NCBI GenBank assembly: GCA_965219345.1
Contig: OZ244732.1
Span: forward strand, 1,344,001 to 1,408,000
Direction: 5' to 3'
DNA length: 64,000 bases
From: Nitrosopumilus sp.
GTDB lineage: Archaea > Thermoproteota > Nitrososphaeria > Nitrososphaerales > Nitrosopumilaceae
This document shows positions 10,584 through 20,662 of the stretch, one piece after another. The position numbers were made by a program, and so were the translations under genes. The notes under the pieces are model-generated. The model did not search any database. It had not been told where the DNA came from and saw only the letters and a program-made list of their open reading frames with translations. Position 1 is the first letter of the stretch. Every line of letters starts with the position of its first letter.

Positions 10584-12350
10584 TTATCTTAATTCATCAA
10601 CACAGAAAACAATTTCTGCTGATGAAGCTGCACTATCCGACACAAGGAAATTAATTGCATCTGCAATTCTTTGGTTGTTTGGTTCTGCACCAGTTACTGT
10701 ACCTGGAAATACTGTAAGCATTCTAATTTTTGACTTTAGAACGTCACTTAGTTCTTGGTTAACTGTAGTTGTAAATGGTCTTAGTGCCCCTCTGAAAACT
10801 TCTACCTGGGCTCTTTGTGTTCCAGAAACTTTTCTTCCAACTGGTAAATCTGGACCAATTATCATGATTGCACCTTTTGCATCTTTGTAAAGGCGAGGAT
10901 CTTCACCTCCTCCTGGAACAAATTGCTCAAGTGCTCTTTGGGCTACTGTAGCTGGAGTTGAGATGAATTTTTCAGTTAGTTCTTCCCACTTTGCCCTGGA
11001 TAATTCCGTTAATTTTGATATTTCAGGCAACTTTCCTGTAACGTGAACCACTGCTAGGATTTCACCATGGTTAGTTTTAGCAGTGTTTAACCACTGTTCT
11101 ACCTCTTCAGGATTCTTGAGATCCATAATATGGGTATGGCATTTACTACTGATGTATTCCTGAAGTTCTTTTGGTGTTGATTGTGAAATGAAACATGCCG
11201 CTCTTCCTCCGTTTTTCTCAACATGCTGTGCCAAAAATTCCACTCTTTCGGCATCTGCTTTATCAGTTGCATCAATGGCAAACACAACTACTTTACCTCC
11301 AAAATCTGGCTGATGAACTCCTGGTGTTGCGGTTCCGATATGTGGTCTTACAGGATAAAATACTCTGTCTCCTGGAATTACTTTGCCGTTTAGAATTTTT
11401 GCAATTTCATCGTCACACAAGTTAAGAACTGATTCTGCCACTTGGTCTTGCTTTAGAAATTCTTGGTCTGCAATCATATGTGATGTATTGTTTTGAATTT
11501 TTCCTGCAAGACTTTGAATTTGTTCTAATAACTTTGTAAATGTCTCATTTACTTTGGTAACATCCTTTCCGTTTGCTAGTTTTGCAGCAACCTTGGCAAT
11601 TCCATCTGTGTCTACTCCATCTGCCAGTATGCATTCTAACAATTCTTTACTTGCTTCTTCAACTTCAACTGGACTTAGATCTTCAAATCCACTGACTCGC
11701 ATAAATTCTGATGCTGCTTTGGGATAAACAGTTTTATAAATTCGATCTGAATGCACTGGTCCTGGGTTTGTTGCAATGGATATGATTCCTTTATCTGTTA
11801 ATTCCCATGACATTGCCTCAGCTAATCTGTTCTTTGCACCTTGTGATGCAGTATATGGACTTCTAAATCTGTATGGTCTTTGCTCTAATGGTCGTTCTTC
11901 AGTAAAGAATGTTGAAATTGTAATTATCTTTCCTCCCTCTTTCATTACTTTGAGTGCCTGTACAGAACCCCAGAAAGTACCAGTAAGGTGAATTCCAATA
12001 GTACTTTTGAATTCATCTAGTGGCGCATTTGCAAAACATGTGACGGGACCTGAAACTCCTGCATTATTAATTATGTAATCTACAGTAACGTTCTCATTTT
12101 TTAGTGAATCAAACATGTTATTCATTGCTGTCTCATCAGCTACATCTACTCCTGAAAAAATTCTAACTGACGCGCCACTATTTTTTTCAGAAATAATTTC
12201 TTCTAACATTTTTGATGTTTCTTCTAATGGTTCCCTCCTTCTTCCAAGGATAATTACACTTGCTCCATTTTCAACAAATTTTTTAGCTATAGCTTTACCT
12301 ATACCCGTTCCGCTGCCTGTAATTAGGGCAACTTTGTGTTGAAATTTCAT
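10584..12350 (-). CDS. Tandem-domain short-chain dehydrogenase resembling the N-terminal part of Chloroflexus-type malonyl-CoA reductase
   Basis: Start at MKFQHKVALITGSGTGIG (12350); NNAG motif; YTASQ in place of YxxxK; second degenerate Rossmann domain. Confidence 0.75.
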   Translation of the reverse strand: MKFQHKVALITGSGTGIGKAIAKKFVENGASVIILGRRREPLEETSKMLEEIISEKNSGASVRIFSGVDVADETAMNNMFDSLKNENVTVDYIINNAGVSGPVTCFANAPLDEFKSTIGIHLTGTFWGSVQALKVMKEGGKIITISTFFTEERPLEQRPYRFRSPYTASQGAKNRLAEAMSWELTDKGIISIATNPGPVHSDRIYKTVYPKAASEFMRVSGFEDLSPVEVEEASKELLECILADGVDTDGIAKVAAKLANGKDVTKVNETFTKLLEQIQSLAGKIQNNTSHMIADQEFLKQDQVAESVLNLCDDEIAKILNGKVIPGDRVFYPVRPHIGTATPGVHQPDFGGKVVVFAIDATDKADAERVEFLAQHVEKNGGRAACFISQSTPKELQEYISSKCHTHIMDLKNPEEVEQWLNTAKTNHGEILAVVHVTGKLPEISKLTELSRAKWEELTEKFISTPATVAQRALEQFVPGGGEDPRLYKDAKGAIMIIGPDLPVGRKVSGTQRAQVEVFRGALRPFTTTVNQELSDVLKSKIRMLTVFPGTVTGAEPNNQRIADAINFLVSDSAASSAEIVFCVDELR

Positions 12351-12453
12351 TATAGATATGCTATCAAATTTTCTGTGATATTTAATTGGATTGATCCCTA
12401 AGAAAAAATAATTTCTTGATATCTTTATTTGTGGGTGTGACTCATGATTTTTT

Positions 12454-12690
12454 ATGCATGATACAGAGTTAGACACATTTGTTAATCAAACATGGCCTGA
12501 AAAATTTAGTGGTATGTTAAAGGAGATCGGAGTGGATTCTGTATCAAAAGAAATTGGAACTGATGATGTCGAAAAAGATGAATACTATGGTAGATATTTT
12601 ACTCAAACACCTAGAATGGTAACTAATAGGGGATGTCTTGATGTCAAGAACTCTAACATTGATGTAATACAAATTATTCAAAAGGGATAA
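12454..12690 (+). CDS. Small hypothetical protein
   Basis: 78-aa ORF closely coupled to the next gene. Confidence 0.65.
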   Translation: MHDTELDTFVNQTWPEKFSGMLKEIGVDSVSKEIGTDDVEKDEYYGRYFTQTPRMVTNRGCLDVKNSNIDVIQIIQKG

Positions 12691-12692
12691 AA

Positions 12693-13070
12693 ATGCAAGA
12701 TCCAAATCCAATCCCCTGGGGTGCACAAGACAGATTTCAAGCACATTTTATTGTAAGAAAGGATGTTGGTACGGCAGATGGAGACTATCTTGCAAAAACT
12801 AAACTAACAACTAAAGGACATTTTGGCGCGAAGACTGTTGTTAAAGTTGAATGGAATGGTCCTGGTAGTTTAGCTTCAAAACTAAATGAAGATGACGAAC
12901 TTAATGAAATGATTGCAAAACAATCAATCAAATATACAACTATCTATGTTGAGCCCACTGATGTAGCCGTCAGAATTAGAGGTAAATGGGATAATCACCT
13001 CGCATTTGGAATTACCAAAGAACTTTTTGAAATTTATAATAAAATAGCTGGTCACATAAAAGCAATCTAA
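12693..13070 (+). CDS. Hypothetical protein
   Basis: 125-aa ORF, 2 nt after the previous stop. Confidence 0.7.
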   Translation: MQDPNPIPWGAQDRFQAHFIVRKDVGTADGDYLAKTKLTTKGHFGAKTVVKVEWNGPGSLASKLNEDDELNEMIAKQSIKYTTIYVEPTDVAVRIRGKWDNHLAFGITKELFEIYNKIAGHIKAI

Positions 13071-13603
13071 GCTTTCCACCAGTCTAACGCAAGGAAATCT
13101 ACTTTATCTTTACCTTTAGGAATTGCTAAAATGAATTGCTTTCTTACTGTGGTTGCAAGTCGTCCTGCAAGAACAATTCCTGTTGATGTAATTGCCTCAT
13201 TTCTATTATAGACCTGAATCAGATAAGGGGCATGATCAATTCCTGGTCCTTTTTCATACACAGCAAAGTCGCACCCAAATTTTATTCCAGGATTGATAAT
13301 GTATCCTTTATCTCTGAAATTTTTGTAAACTAAATATTTTTTATCAAAATCATGATATTCTTTTTTGCAAATCTCAATCATTTTATCAATCGTTACTTTT
13401 TGTTTTGACTTAGTAATGGTGATTTTCTTATTTTCTAAAAGGTATAGTCCTTCAATTAGATCTAAAATTAGTGGAACATCTATTTCTTCAAGTTTAGGTT
13501 TTGGAATGCCTATTGGTTTTCCATAATACCCTTGACTGAAAAGCTTACGTGAATCATCAATATTCCAAACAATGATTCGATTTTCAATTAATTCACTTTT
13601 CAT
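13067..13603 (-). CDS. endA: tRNA splicing endonuclease, catalytic subunit
   Basis: VYKNFRDKGY, GIKFGCDFAVY, PGIDHAPY and RLATTVRK (Tyr/His/Lys triad). Confidence 0.92.
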   Translation of the reverse strand: MKSELIENRIIVWNIDDSRKLFSQGYYGKPIGIPKPKLEEIDVPLILDLIEGLYLLENKKITITKSKQKVTIDKMIEICKKEYHDFDKKYLVYKNFRDKGYIINPGIKFGCDFAVYEKGPGIDHAPYLIQVYNRNEAITSTGIVLAGRLATTVRKQFILAIPKGKDKVDFLALDWWKA

Positions 13604-13703
13604 AATTTTTATGAAACATTAAGCGTATATGAATTCTCTAGTTGAGCATAACCGCTTTTGAAGAATTGAAAATAAAGTAAAAACGGAAAATGATTTGTTT
13701 TGC

Positions 13704-14357
13704 TTATAGACTCAATGCTAGTAGTATGAAAGAATCAGATACCCGTTGACATTTGTCTGCCATCTCTTCGATTCCTTCTATCACATCTTTCATCAACATC
13801 AATTCTTTAGTGTTTGATACTTCAGATAGAAGTTTAATTGTGGCATCTCTGTATTTGATATCAATTTCTCTCTCTATTGTCTGTGTTTCTTGAGCCAATT
13901 CAATTGCATTTGCAGTGTTTGTGTTGAGACTTCTGATGATCTCATTTAGCTTGTATACTTCATCTACAACTAGTTCAATCAGCTTTGTTATCTCTTTGTC
14001 AAGGTTTCCGCTTTTTAGTGTAGTTAGTTTCACGTTTGAAAGTTTGAATGAGATACCTGTGATGTAGCCCGCAATTTCATCCATCGTATATGCTGTATTG
14101 AGAAGATTTTCTCTATTCATGATTAATCCTCCAACATCTGCTACTTCTCGTGTAATCTTTCTTCTTAGATTTTCCACTTCTTCTTCAATGGTTGAAATTT
14201 GTTCCAATACATTTTTGACTCCTGTCTTATCTTTTTTCATCATAAGATCAGGTAAGGTTGCAAGTTCTCTGGCAGCGTTTAGAATTCTGTTGATTTCGTC
14301 TTGTAAAACTGCTATGGCTTTTCTTTTTGCTTGAACCTCAAGCTCTCCGCTATACAT
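13704..14357 (-). CDS. DUF47/PhoU-like phosphate transport regulator
   Basis: Helical-bundle repeats IEEEVENLRR, IEREID and IEEMADKC. Confidence 0.8.
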   Translation of the reverse strand: MYSGELEVQAKRKAIAVLQDEINRILNAARELATLPDLMMKKDKTGVKNVLEQISTIEEEVENLRRKITREVADVGGLIMNRENLLNTAYTMDEIAGYITGISFKLSNVKLTTLKSGNLDKEITKLIELVVDEVYKLNEIIRSLNTNTANAIELAQETQTIEREIDIKYRDATIKLLSEVSNTKELMLMKDVIEGIEEMADKCQRVSDSFILLALSL

Positions 14358-14446
14358 AACAGAAAACGAACAATTCTCAGGTAATTTAAATCCTCTATGA
14401 CTGTTGATATTTTTTGAGCACGATTAAATCAAATTTTTATCAGAAG

Positions 14447-16189
14447 TCACTTTTTTTGTCCTTTGTATAATGTAATAACTTCTTCATTTGTAGATGCATC
14501 TTCAACTGCTTTTTCAACCCTGATTTTCCCAGTAAATTTTGGGAATCTCAAAGCAAGACCTGCATCTTTTCTAATCTTATCTTTTGCTGCTTTATGTATT
14601 GGACTTAAAGTAATCTCCGAAGCTACTATCTCTATTACTAGTTCTGGTTCAAACCACACATCAGCTTCCATTTCACTATCTATGCGTGGATTTTTCTTAA
14701 TTGTAACTTTAGGATTTAAAATTTGATACAATTGATCTAAATCTTCATCTGAAAATCCTGTTCCTACTTTACAAATACTTGTGAATATATCTTCATCTTC
14801 ATCATATGTTGCAAGCAGTAGTGTTCCATAGTTTCCTGTTCTTCTACCCTTTCCAAAAAATCCCCCTATTACCACAAGATCTAAACTATCTCCTAATTCA
14901 TTCTGATATTCCCGCTTTAGCTTCAACCAATGACTTCCCCTTGAACCTGCTTTGTATGGCTTATCAAGCATCTTCAACATCAATCCCTCACTACCTGCGT
15001 TAATGCTATTTTCTAAAAAGTCCTTAATTTCGTTATCATTTTTGACTAATGTCATTGGGACATATTTTGCAAAATCATCTTCTTTTACAATTTTCTCTAG
15101 TTTCTCTCTTCTATCTTTGTAGTCTAATTCTAAACAGATCTTTCCATTGCAGTACAAAATATCAAAAAAATTCACTGTGATTGGATATTGTGTAACTGCT
15201 TTTTCTATCTTGTATTTTCTTCTTCTATGCATCAATTCCTGAAATGGTAGAAAATCTCCCGTATTTTCATTAATTGCCACTGCCTCTGCTTCTAAAATTA
15301 CATTGTCTGCTTGAATTGCTTTGGGAATTTTTTCTATAATGTCCGGATAATAACTTGAAATGTTTTCTAAACTTCTAGAAAACAATACTACTTTTTCACC
15401 TTCAATGTGGAGTTGTACTCTTTCTCCATCTAACTTGTATTCTGCCGCAAAATTGCTTCCCATTTTTTCAATTGCATCCTTTTCACTCCTTATTCTGTCT
15501 GCAAGCATTGGCCTGATTGGATTAAATAAAATAACATCAAATTTCTCAACTCCTTCTATGCCTTTAGTTGCTATAGTTTCAGCAACTTTTCCTAAATCAC
15601 TTGAGACATTGTATGCATGTTGCAAAATTTTTCTATTATCCTTATTTCCCGAAAATGCTACTGCTAATGCATCCATCACTGTGTTTTCTGCAATTCCTAA
15701 TCTTAATGATCCCAACAAAATCTTCAAAATGTAACTTGCCTCTAATGGATTTGCGTCATTTAGTAAACTCGAAATATATTTTATCTTCATATCTTGTGAA
15801 CCCGAGCCTTCTAACTTGGCAATTTTGAATAATGTATCGTAGACTCTTTCTACTGTAATGTCTTCTGCAAGAAACGTTGTCTGTGTTTTTTGTTCTAGTA
15901 TTATAGATGCGGCATGTCCTAGATCTCCTTGTTTCCTATATTCATCTTCAATTTTCTTAATTGGAATTCCTGATGACTTTGAAATTGCTCTTAACGCAAG
16001 TTTTTCAGCAACACCTAATTCAATTCCTTCAAAATCTGGTCTTAGTTTTCCCTGTAACAGATACACAATTTTAGAAATAATATTCTCCGAGGTTTTTTCA
16101 AATAATTCTACTAGATATTGTGTTAACCCTGATCTTTTCCTGGTTGATTCCATTTTGTTAAAAGAATCAGCTAAAATAGAGAACTCCAT
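14447..16189 (-). CDS. lig: ATP-dependent DNA ligase
   Basis: EYKLDGERVQLH (KxDG), EGLMLK, WLKLK and LRFPKF motifs. Confidence 0.97.
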   Translation of the reverse strand: MEFSILADSFNKMESTRKRSGLTQYLVELFEKTSENIISKIVYLLQGKLRPDFEGIELGVAEKLALRAISKSSGIPIKKIEDEYRKQGDLGHAASIILEQKTQTTFLAEDITVERVYDTLFKIAKLEGSGSQDMKIKYISSLLNDANPLEASYILKILLGSLRLGIAENTVMDALAVAFSGNKDNRKILQHAYNVSSDLGKVAETIATKGIEGVEKFDVILFNPIRPMLADRIRSEKDAIEKMGSNFAAEYKLDGERVQLHIEGEKVVLFSRSLENISSYYPDIIEKIPKAIQADNVILEAEAVAINENTGDFLPFQELMHRRRKYKIEKAVTQYPITVNFFDILYCNGKICLELDYKDRREKLEKIVKEDDFAKYVPMTLVKNDNEIKDFLENSINAGSEGLMLKMLDKPYKAGSRGSHWLKLKREYQNELGDSLDLVVIGGFFGKGRRTGNYGTLLLATYDEDEDIFTSICKVGTGFSDEDLDQLYQILNPKVTIKKNPRIDSEMEADVWFEPELVIEIVASEITLSPIHKAAKDKIRKDAGLALRFPKFTGKIRVEKAVEDASTNEEVITLYKGQKK

Positions 16190-16226
16190 CCCAATCCTTT
16201 ACTTAATCCTGAATAAAAGTTTGAAA

Positions 16227-16640
16227 CTAGATGTATTTGAAAATTATTGGTTTGTCTGAATCAGTATGTTCAGAAACTAGTGCAAAGTTGTATAATGGAT
16301 ATTCTTTTTTGTATTGTTTCATAAAACTCCAAGCAACATCATGTGTTTTGAATTCAGTTCTAATGCCGTCAATTTGGCTCTTTTTCCCAAATACATCGAA
16401 TGTTATCACTGAATACTGTTTTGGACGATTATGGGGCCTTGCCTTAACAAGCCAAAACAGTGCAAAAGCGAAGACCGATCCTAAAATTATGTACTCGCCA
16501 GCCATTTTGAAGAATGTCAAAAAGATTCCTGGTATGGTCTGTCCAAATAAAACAGCCATAAAATTTGAAAATGTAATTACTGCAAATACTGTAACAAGGT
16601 AAGTTTTGTAATCAAAAATTTTTTGAAAACAACTTTTCAT
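16227..16640 (-). CDS. Membrane hypothetical protein
   Basis: Two N-terminal TM segments plus a soluble C-terminus. Confidence 0.7.
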   Translation of the reverse strand: MKSCFQKIFDYKTYLVTVFAVITFSNFMAVLFGQTIPGIFLTFFKMAGEYIILGSVFAFALFWLVKARPHNRPKQYSVITFDVFGKKSQIDGIRTEFKTHDVAWSFMKQYKKEYPLYNFALVSEHTDSDKPIIFKYI

Positions 16641-16769
16641 CTATTTTGATAGAGTCTTTTTTCATTTAACTATTTCCTAAAACTTGATGACATGTATAGT
16701 CCAGAAAGTAGTATACCCCCCTCAAAATAGGAGGGACGCATACTGACTGAAGCAAGACGCAGAATTGAG

Positions 16770-17885
16770 ATGATGGTACGTGGGTTCCTAAAGCGCACAC
16801 AGAGGTGGAGACATATCGGAAGGCACCGCATCAGGGTCATAAGAAAACTTGACGAGTCAAAGGTAAAGTGGATAATCCTGCAGAAGAAGGCCGGCAAAAC
16901 GACCAACAGACAGATTGCAGATACCATGGGCATCTCCGAGATCTGGGTAAAGAAACTGTGGGCCAGGTACAAGGGTGTGGAACCTGACAGGATAGTCTAC
17001 CCGGCTAGCATGGGCAGGCCCGAGAATGGTCTTCCGGGTCGCAGGGAACACTCTGCGGTCCTCTCTGCACACTGCAGGCACCGCCAGGGGGCCGTCCGCA
17101 CGGAGCGACTGATCGAGGAGGAAGAGGGAATACATATCCCTCACAATGCCGTACACGGCATAATGAGGGACAACAACCTGTCGGCAAGGCAGCCCAAGAA
17201 GAGCAAGAGGCGCAAGTGGATCCGCTTTGAGCGCACCTACTCCAACTCGATGTGGCACACAGACTACAAGCAGCTGGATGACGGAAGGTGGTTTATCGCC
17301 TATCTGGATGACGCCTCCAGGTTTATTGTCGGATACGGCGTCTTTGATCAGGCCACCTCCAGGCACGCAATCGAGGTTCTCAGGGCAGCAATGGAGGCGC
17401 ACGGCAAACCCGCGTCCATTCTGACTGACCGCGGCAGCCAGTTCTACGCCAACGAGGGGCAGTACAAGAAGAAAGGCGCCTCCGAATTTGAGCGGGAGCT
17501 GGTGTCGCTGGGCATCAGGCAGATCCTGGCGCGTGTAAGACACCCGCAGACAAACGGCAAGCTCGAGAGGGTTCACGGTGAACTCCAGCGCAAACTGCAC
17601 CTCTTCGAGGAGGAGTCGGCCTACAGAACGGTGCGTTCAGCAGGATCCGAGACGGACCGTGTGGGCGGACCGTTCAACACGAAACCAAAGACGGATCCCG
17701 TGGAGCGGTTTGTGGAATGGTTCAACCACGACCGGCCACACATGTCACTTGATCTGGACAACCTAGAGACACCGGCGCGGGCATTCACCAGAAAGATGCC
17801 ATCCCCAGGACGGTGCTGTCCAAATCCTCCCGGAAAAATCCGCGAAAAGCTTATGGATCATGAATCATCCCGTAATGCTTTTTGA
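16770..17885 (+). CDS. IS481-family transposase; native C-terminus displaced by an insertion at 17811
   Basis: WHTDYK, YLDDASR, TDRGSQF, HPQTNGKLER and FNHDRPH motifs; residues after KMPSPG derive from the inserted IS5 end. Confidence 0.92.
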   Translation: MMVRGFLKRTQRWRHIGRHRIRVIRKLDESKVKWIILQKKAGKTTNRQIADTMGISEIWVKKLWARYKGVEPDRIVYPASMGRPENGLPGRREHSAVLSAHCRHRQGAVRTERLIEEEEGIHIPHNAVHGIMRDNNLSARQPKKSKRRKWIRFERTYSNSMWHTDYKQLDDGRWFIAYLDDASRFIVGYGVFDQATSRHAIEVLRAAMEAHGKPASILTDRGSQFYANEGQYKKKGASEFERELVSLGIRQILARVRHPQTNGKLERVHGELQRKLHLFEEESAYRTVRSAGSETDRVGGPFNTKPKTDPVERFVEWFNHDRPHMSLDLDNLETPARAFTRKMPSPGRCCPNPPGKIREKLMDHESSRNAF

Positions 17886-19052
17886 TCACGGGACATGGCA
17901 CACATCTAATGTCTTTGAAAAGAAAGAAGCGTGAGAGGGCAGGCGCGCAGTACGACGCCCATGTCAGGCAGTATCGCAGGCATGCCAGGAACGCCAATGC
18001 CAGAAAGTATCGCAACTATAGGGCATACGAGGGCAGGCGAAGGGAGGAGGGCAGAACCATAAGGGCGAGGATCAAGAAACTCAAGAGATTGATCCCCCAC
18101 CGTATGGAAGGATGCCTCCGATGACGCGGCCGCCTTGCTGTGCGTGCTGGATATGGCGTTCCGGAACCACTCGTACAGGGTTCATGTCACGTACATGGAA
18201 CTGCACCCGGGTTCGGTAAACGCCTACGGCCTAAAAAGCATTCCATCAAAATCGACCCTGCACAACATGGCGGTGAAGCTGTCTGCCCAGATGACATGCA
18301 TCATGGAACTGTTGATGGCACAGGCAGGCAATGATGCCTGCGGCACGCTTGCAGGCGACTCGTCGGGGTTCTCCATATGAGGTACGAGGACGGAGGATGC
18401 CAAGAGGGGAGTCGTGTCCAGACGCAGGTTCGACAAGCTGCACGTGCTTGTGGCGCTCCGCATGGCATGATATCTGCCTGCGAGGTGACACATGGAAGGG
18501 CGCACGACTCGCCGGTATTCCGCACGATGTTTGCAAGGATCTCACATGGTTCGGGGCACGTGCTGCTGGACGCGGCCTACCTTGCAAGGAAGAACTGCCG
18601 GGCCATAGCAGACAGCGGGCGCCGGTCCGTGATATGCCCAAGGAGAATTCTGTTCCCCGGGGGTTTGGTCCGATGGGAAGGATGCTTAAGTGGCACCGCG
18701 ACGATCCTAACGGATTCAAAAAGGCGTATCACCGGCGCAGCCTGGTGGAGGGCGTCTTCTCTGTGATCAAGGAGAGGTTCGGTGCCGTGGCACGCGCAAG
18801 GACTGCCCCGATGAGGCGGGTGCATCTGAGCCTCATGTGCATATGCTACAACCTGGTCGCATGATGCCATCACTGCTGGAATGCTGTGTCTGGCCTAGCG
18901 CAAGCTGTATTCTGGCACTCCGTTTTGGTGCGGAATTGTGAAACCATGCATGTTAGCCCGTCTAATTCGGCCGTACGGGTTGATTTGTCCTCATATCCTT
19001 ACACCAAAAGTCATGCAATCAGTGTCCAGAATTGGCAAGTTTGGACAGCACC
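17812..19052 (+). mobile_element. IS5-like insertion sequence (1241 bp)
   Basis: Perfect 13-bp terminal inverted repeat GGTGCTGTCCAAA (17812-17824) / TTTGGACAGCACC (19040-19052). Confidence 0.85.
17882..18864 (+). pseudogene. IS5-like DDE transposase, multiply frameshifted
   Basis: Motifs spread over several frames: GDSSGFS, FDKLHV, AHDSP, LLDAAY, YHRRSLVEGVFSVIKERFG, CYNL. Confidence 0.85.
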
Positions 19053-19099
19053 ACCTTGATCGATATAGATATTTACCCCCTCCCCCCTGTAGATAGTCA

Positions 19100-20482
19100 G
19101 TGACACTAAAGAAGAGAGACAGCACTGTTGCGGCAGTCTTGATGGTTGTAGCGATAACAGCGGTAGTAACAGCAAGCGGCTACCACGCAGCGTATGGCCA
19201 GTCAGGCACCGATGCCGATGTGGTGGTTGTTCCAACGCTGAAATATAGTGTCGAGTACGGTACGATTGCCCATGACTTGGAACTGACAAGAGTACTGTTA
19301 AGCACACCATCCACGTTACCAGACCAATCTAGACTTGTTCATAATGCTATTGGTTATAATGTCACTGGAAGTCCCTGGATTGCCGTGTTTCCTGACTCTT
19401 TGAATACCATACAGGGCGGCAGTCTTGTGGCATCCGGAGAACCTATGAGACCGTACGATTTTAATAATGGCACTAGACTTGCCATAACCTGTGATACGAA
19501 CGACTTTGGCCACGACCCCACAATGCTTGCAGAGTTTGACTACATCCCCGGTGCCACGTATACCGGTACCGATACGTTTGACATTGTCATAAAAGAGTTC
19601 ACCTATACCGGTGATGCCAGATCTGCGGCCTGTCTTGTTACCGGAGAAACTAGAACCATACCCGTAGATATTACGGTAGGTGAAAAGCCATCCGTAACGT
19701 TCAGGGATGACTTTACAAAGTTCTCCAACAGTTCCGGCGTAGTCGTGCTTTATAAAATTGAAGACCTGTATGGTAAGCAACCTCCGAATTTCTCCTTTCC
19801 ATTTCCCTCCTTTGAGCCCTTTGTAAGTAATGCAAGAGTCGGACTTGACCTTCCTGAGACGACAGATAGCGGACTGCCCATAACATTAAACGCGGATCAG
19901 GATGGGAATCTGGATAATACATCATTTGTATTATATGGCACCGAGTACAACATCAGGGGCGTGTTTAGTAACGACTTCTTTTTATACAATATGACTGTCG
20001 GCCTGCCCTACGGTACCGTTGTAAATGGCGCCATCGTAGAGTCCCAAAACGAGATTGCAAGAAAGATGATTAACGTCACGCTGGATGCCGCTGACGCCGA
20101 TGTTCCAGTATGCTCGGCCAGCGTATCCGGTGATCTGGACTTTGGCAGCCTGGCATATGGCGATACTTCGGATGCAAAGTTATTAGCAGTTCAGAATACC
20201 GGCACCGGCCCTGTTCAAGTGTTCATATCTGCAACTGACTGGCTGAACAGTGAGGGTGAATCAATCATGAATGTGGAGCAGACAAGGTACTCTTTTAATG
20301 ATTCGAACGGTGCATACGGAAATAGAACCCCAATGTCTGAATCTGAAGTTTCACTTGTAGATTATATTCCACCTCCCAATTATTATTCCACCTATCTGCA
20401 AGTTCAAATTGGTGAGATCTCTGATACCTTTACAGGTCAGCTGACACAGACCATAACTACGACTGCAACCTGCAGTAGCTAG
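19100..20482 (+). CDS. Secreted beta-rich surface protein, putative adhesin (Ig-like segment plus Cys-bounded pilin-like C-terminal domain)
   Basis: Signal peptide; FDYIPGATYTGTDTF (Big_9/cadherin-like); C-terminal CSASVSGDLDFGSL...VQNTG...QTITTTATC; GC visibly higher than the host. Confidence 0.7.
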   Translation: MTLKKRDSTVAAVLMVVAITAVVTASGYHAAYGQSGTDADVVVVPTLKYSVEYGTIAHDLELTRVLLSTPSTLPDQSRLVHNAIGYNVTGSPWIAVFPDSLNTIQGGSLVASGEPMRPYDFNNGTRLAITCDTNDFGHDPTMLAEFDYIPGATYTGTDTFDIVIKEFTYTGDARSAACLVTGETRTIPVDITVGEKPSVTFRDDFTKFSNSSGVVVLYKIEDLYGKQPPNFSFPFPSFEPFVSNARVGLDLPETTDSGLPITLNADQDGNLDNTSFVLYGTEYNIRGVFSNDFFLYNMTVGLPYGTVVNGAIVESQNEIARKMINVTLDAADADVPVCSASVSGDLDFGSLAYGDTSDAKLLAVQNTGTGPVQVFISATDWLNSEGESIMNVEQTRYSFNDSNGAYGNRTPMSESEVSLVDYIPPPNYYSTYLQVQIGEISDTFTGQLTQTITTTATCSS

Positions 20483-20662
20483 CCTTTCTTATTTTTATTC
20501 ATTCATTACTACATTCTGGCCTGAGTTATCTCTAATAGCAAGTTACGAACAATGGTTTCAGAGCACATTATAAGATATGATGAACCAAGAAGTGCATTGT
20601 TTTAGGTTCTGACAAGTTACAGTGACCTATTTTTTACTGGAAAGTTTGGTGACCCGATAATG

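Noticed and set aside
17882-18864. Programmed frameshift in the IS5-like transposase
   Set aside because: At least three separate frame breaks and no obvious slippery motif; decay is more likely.
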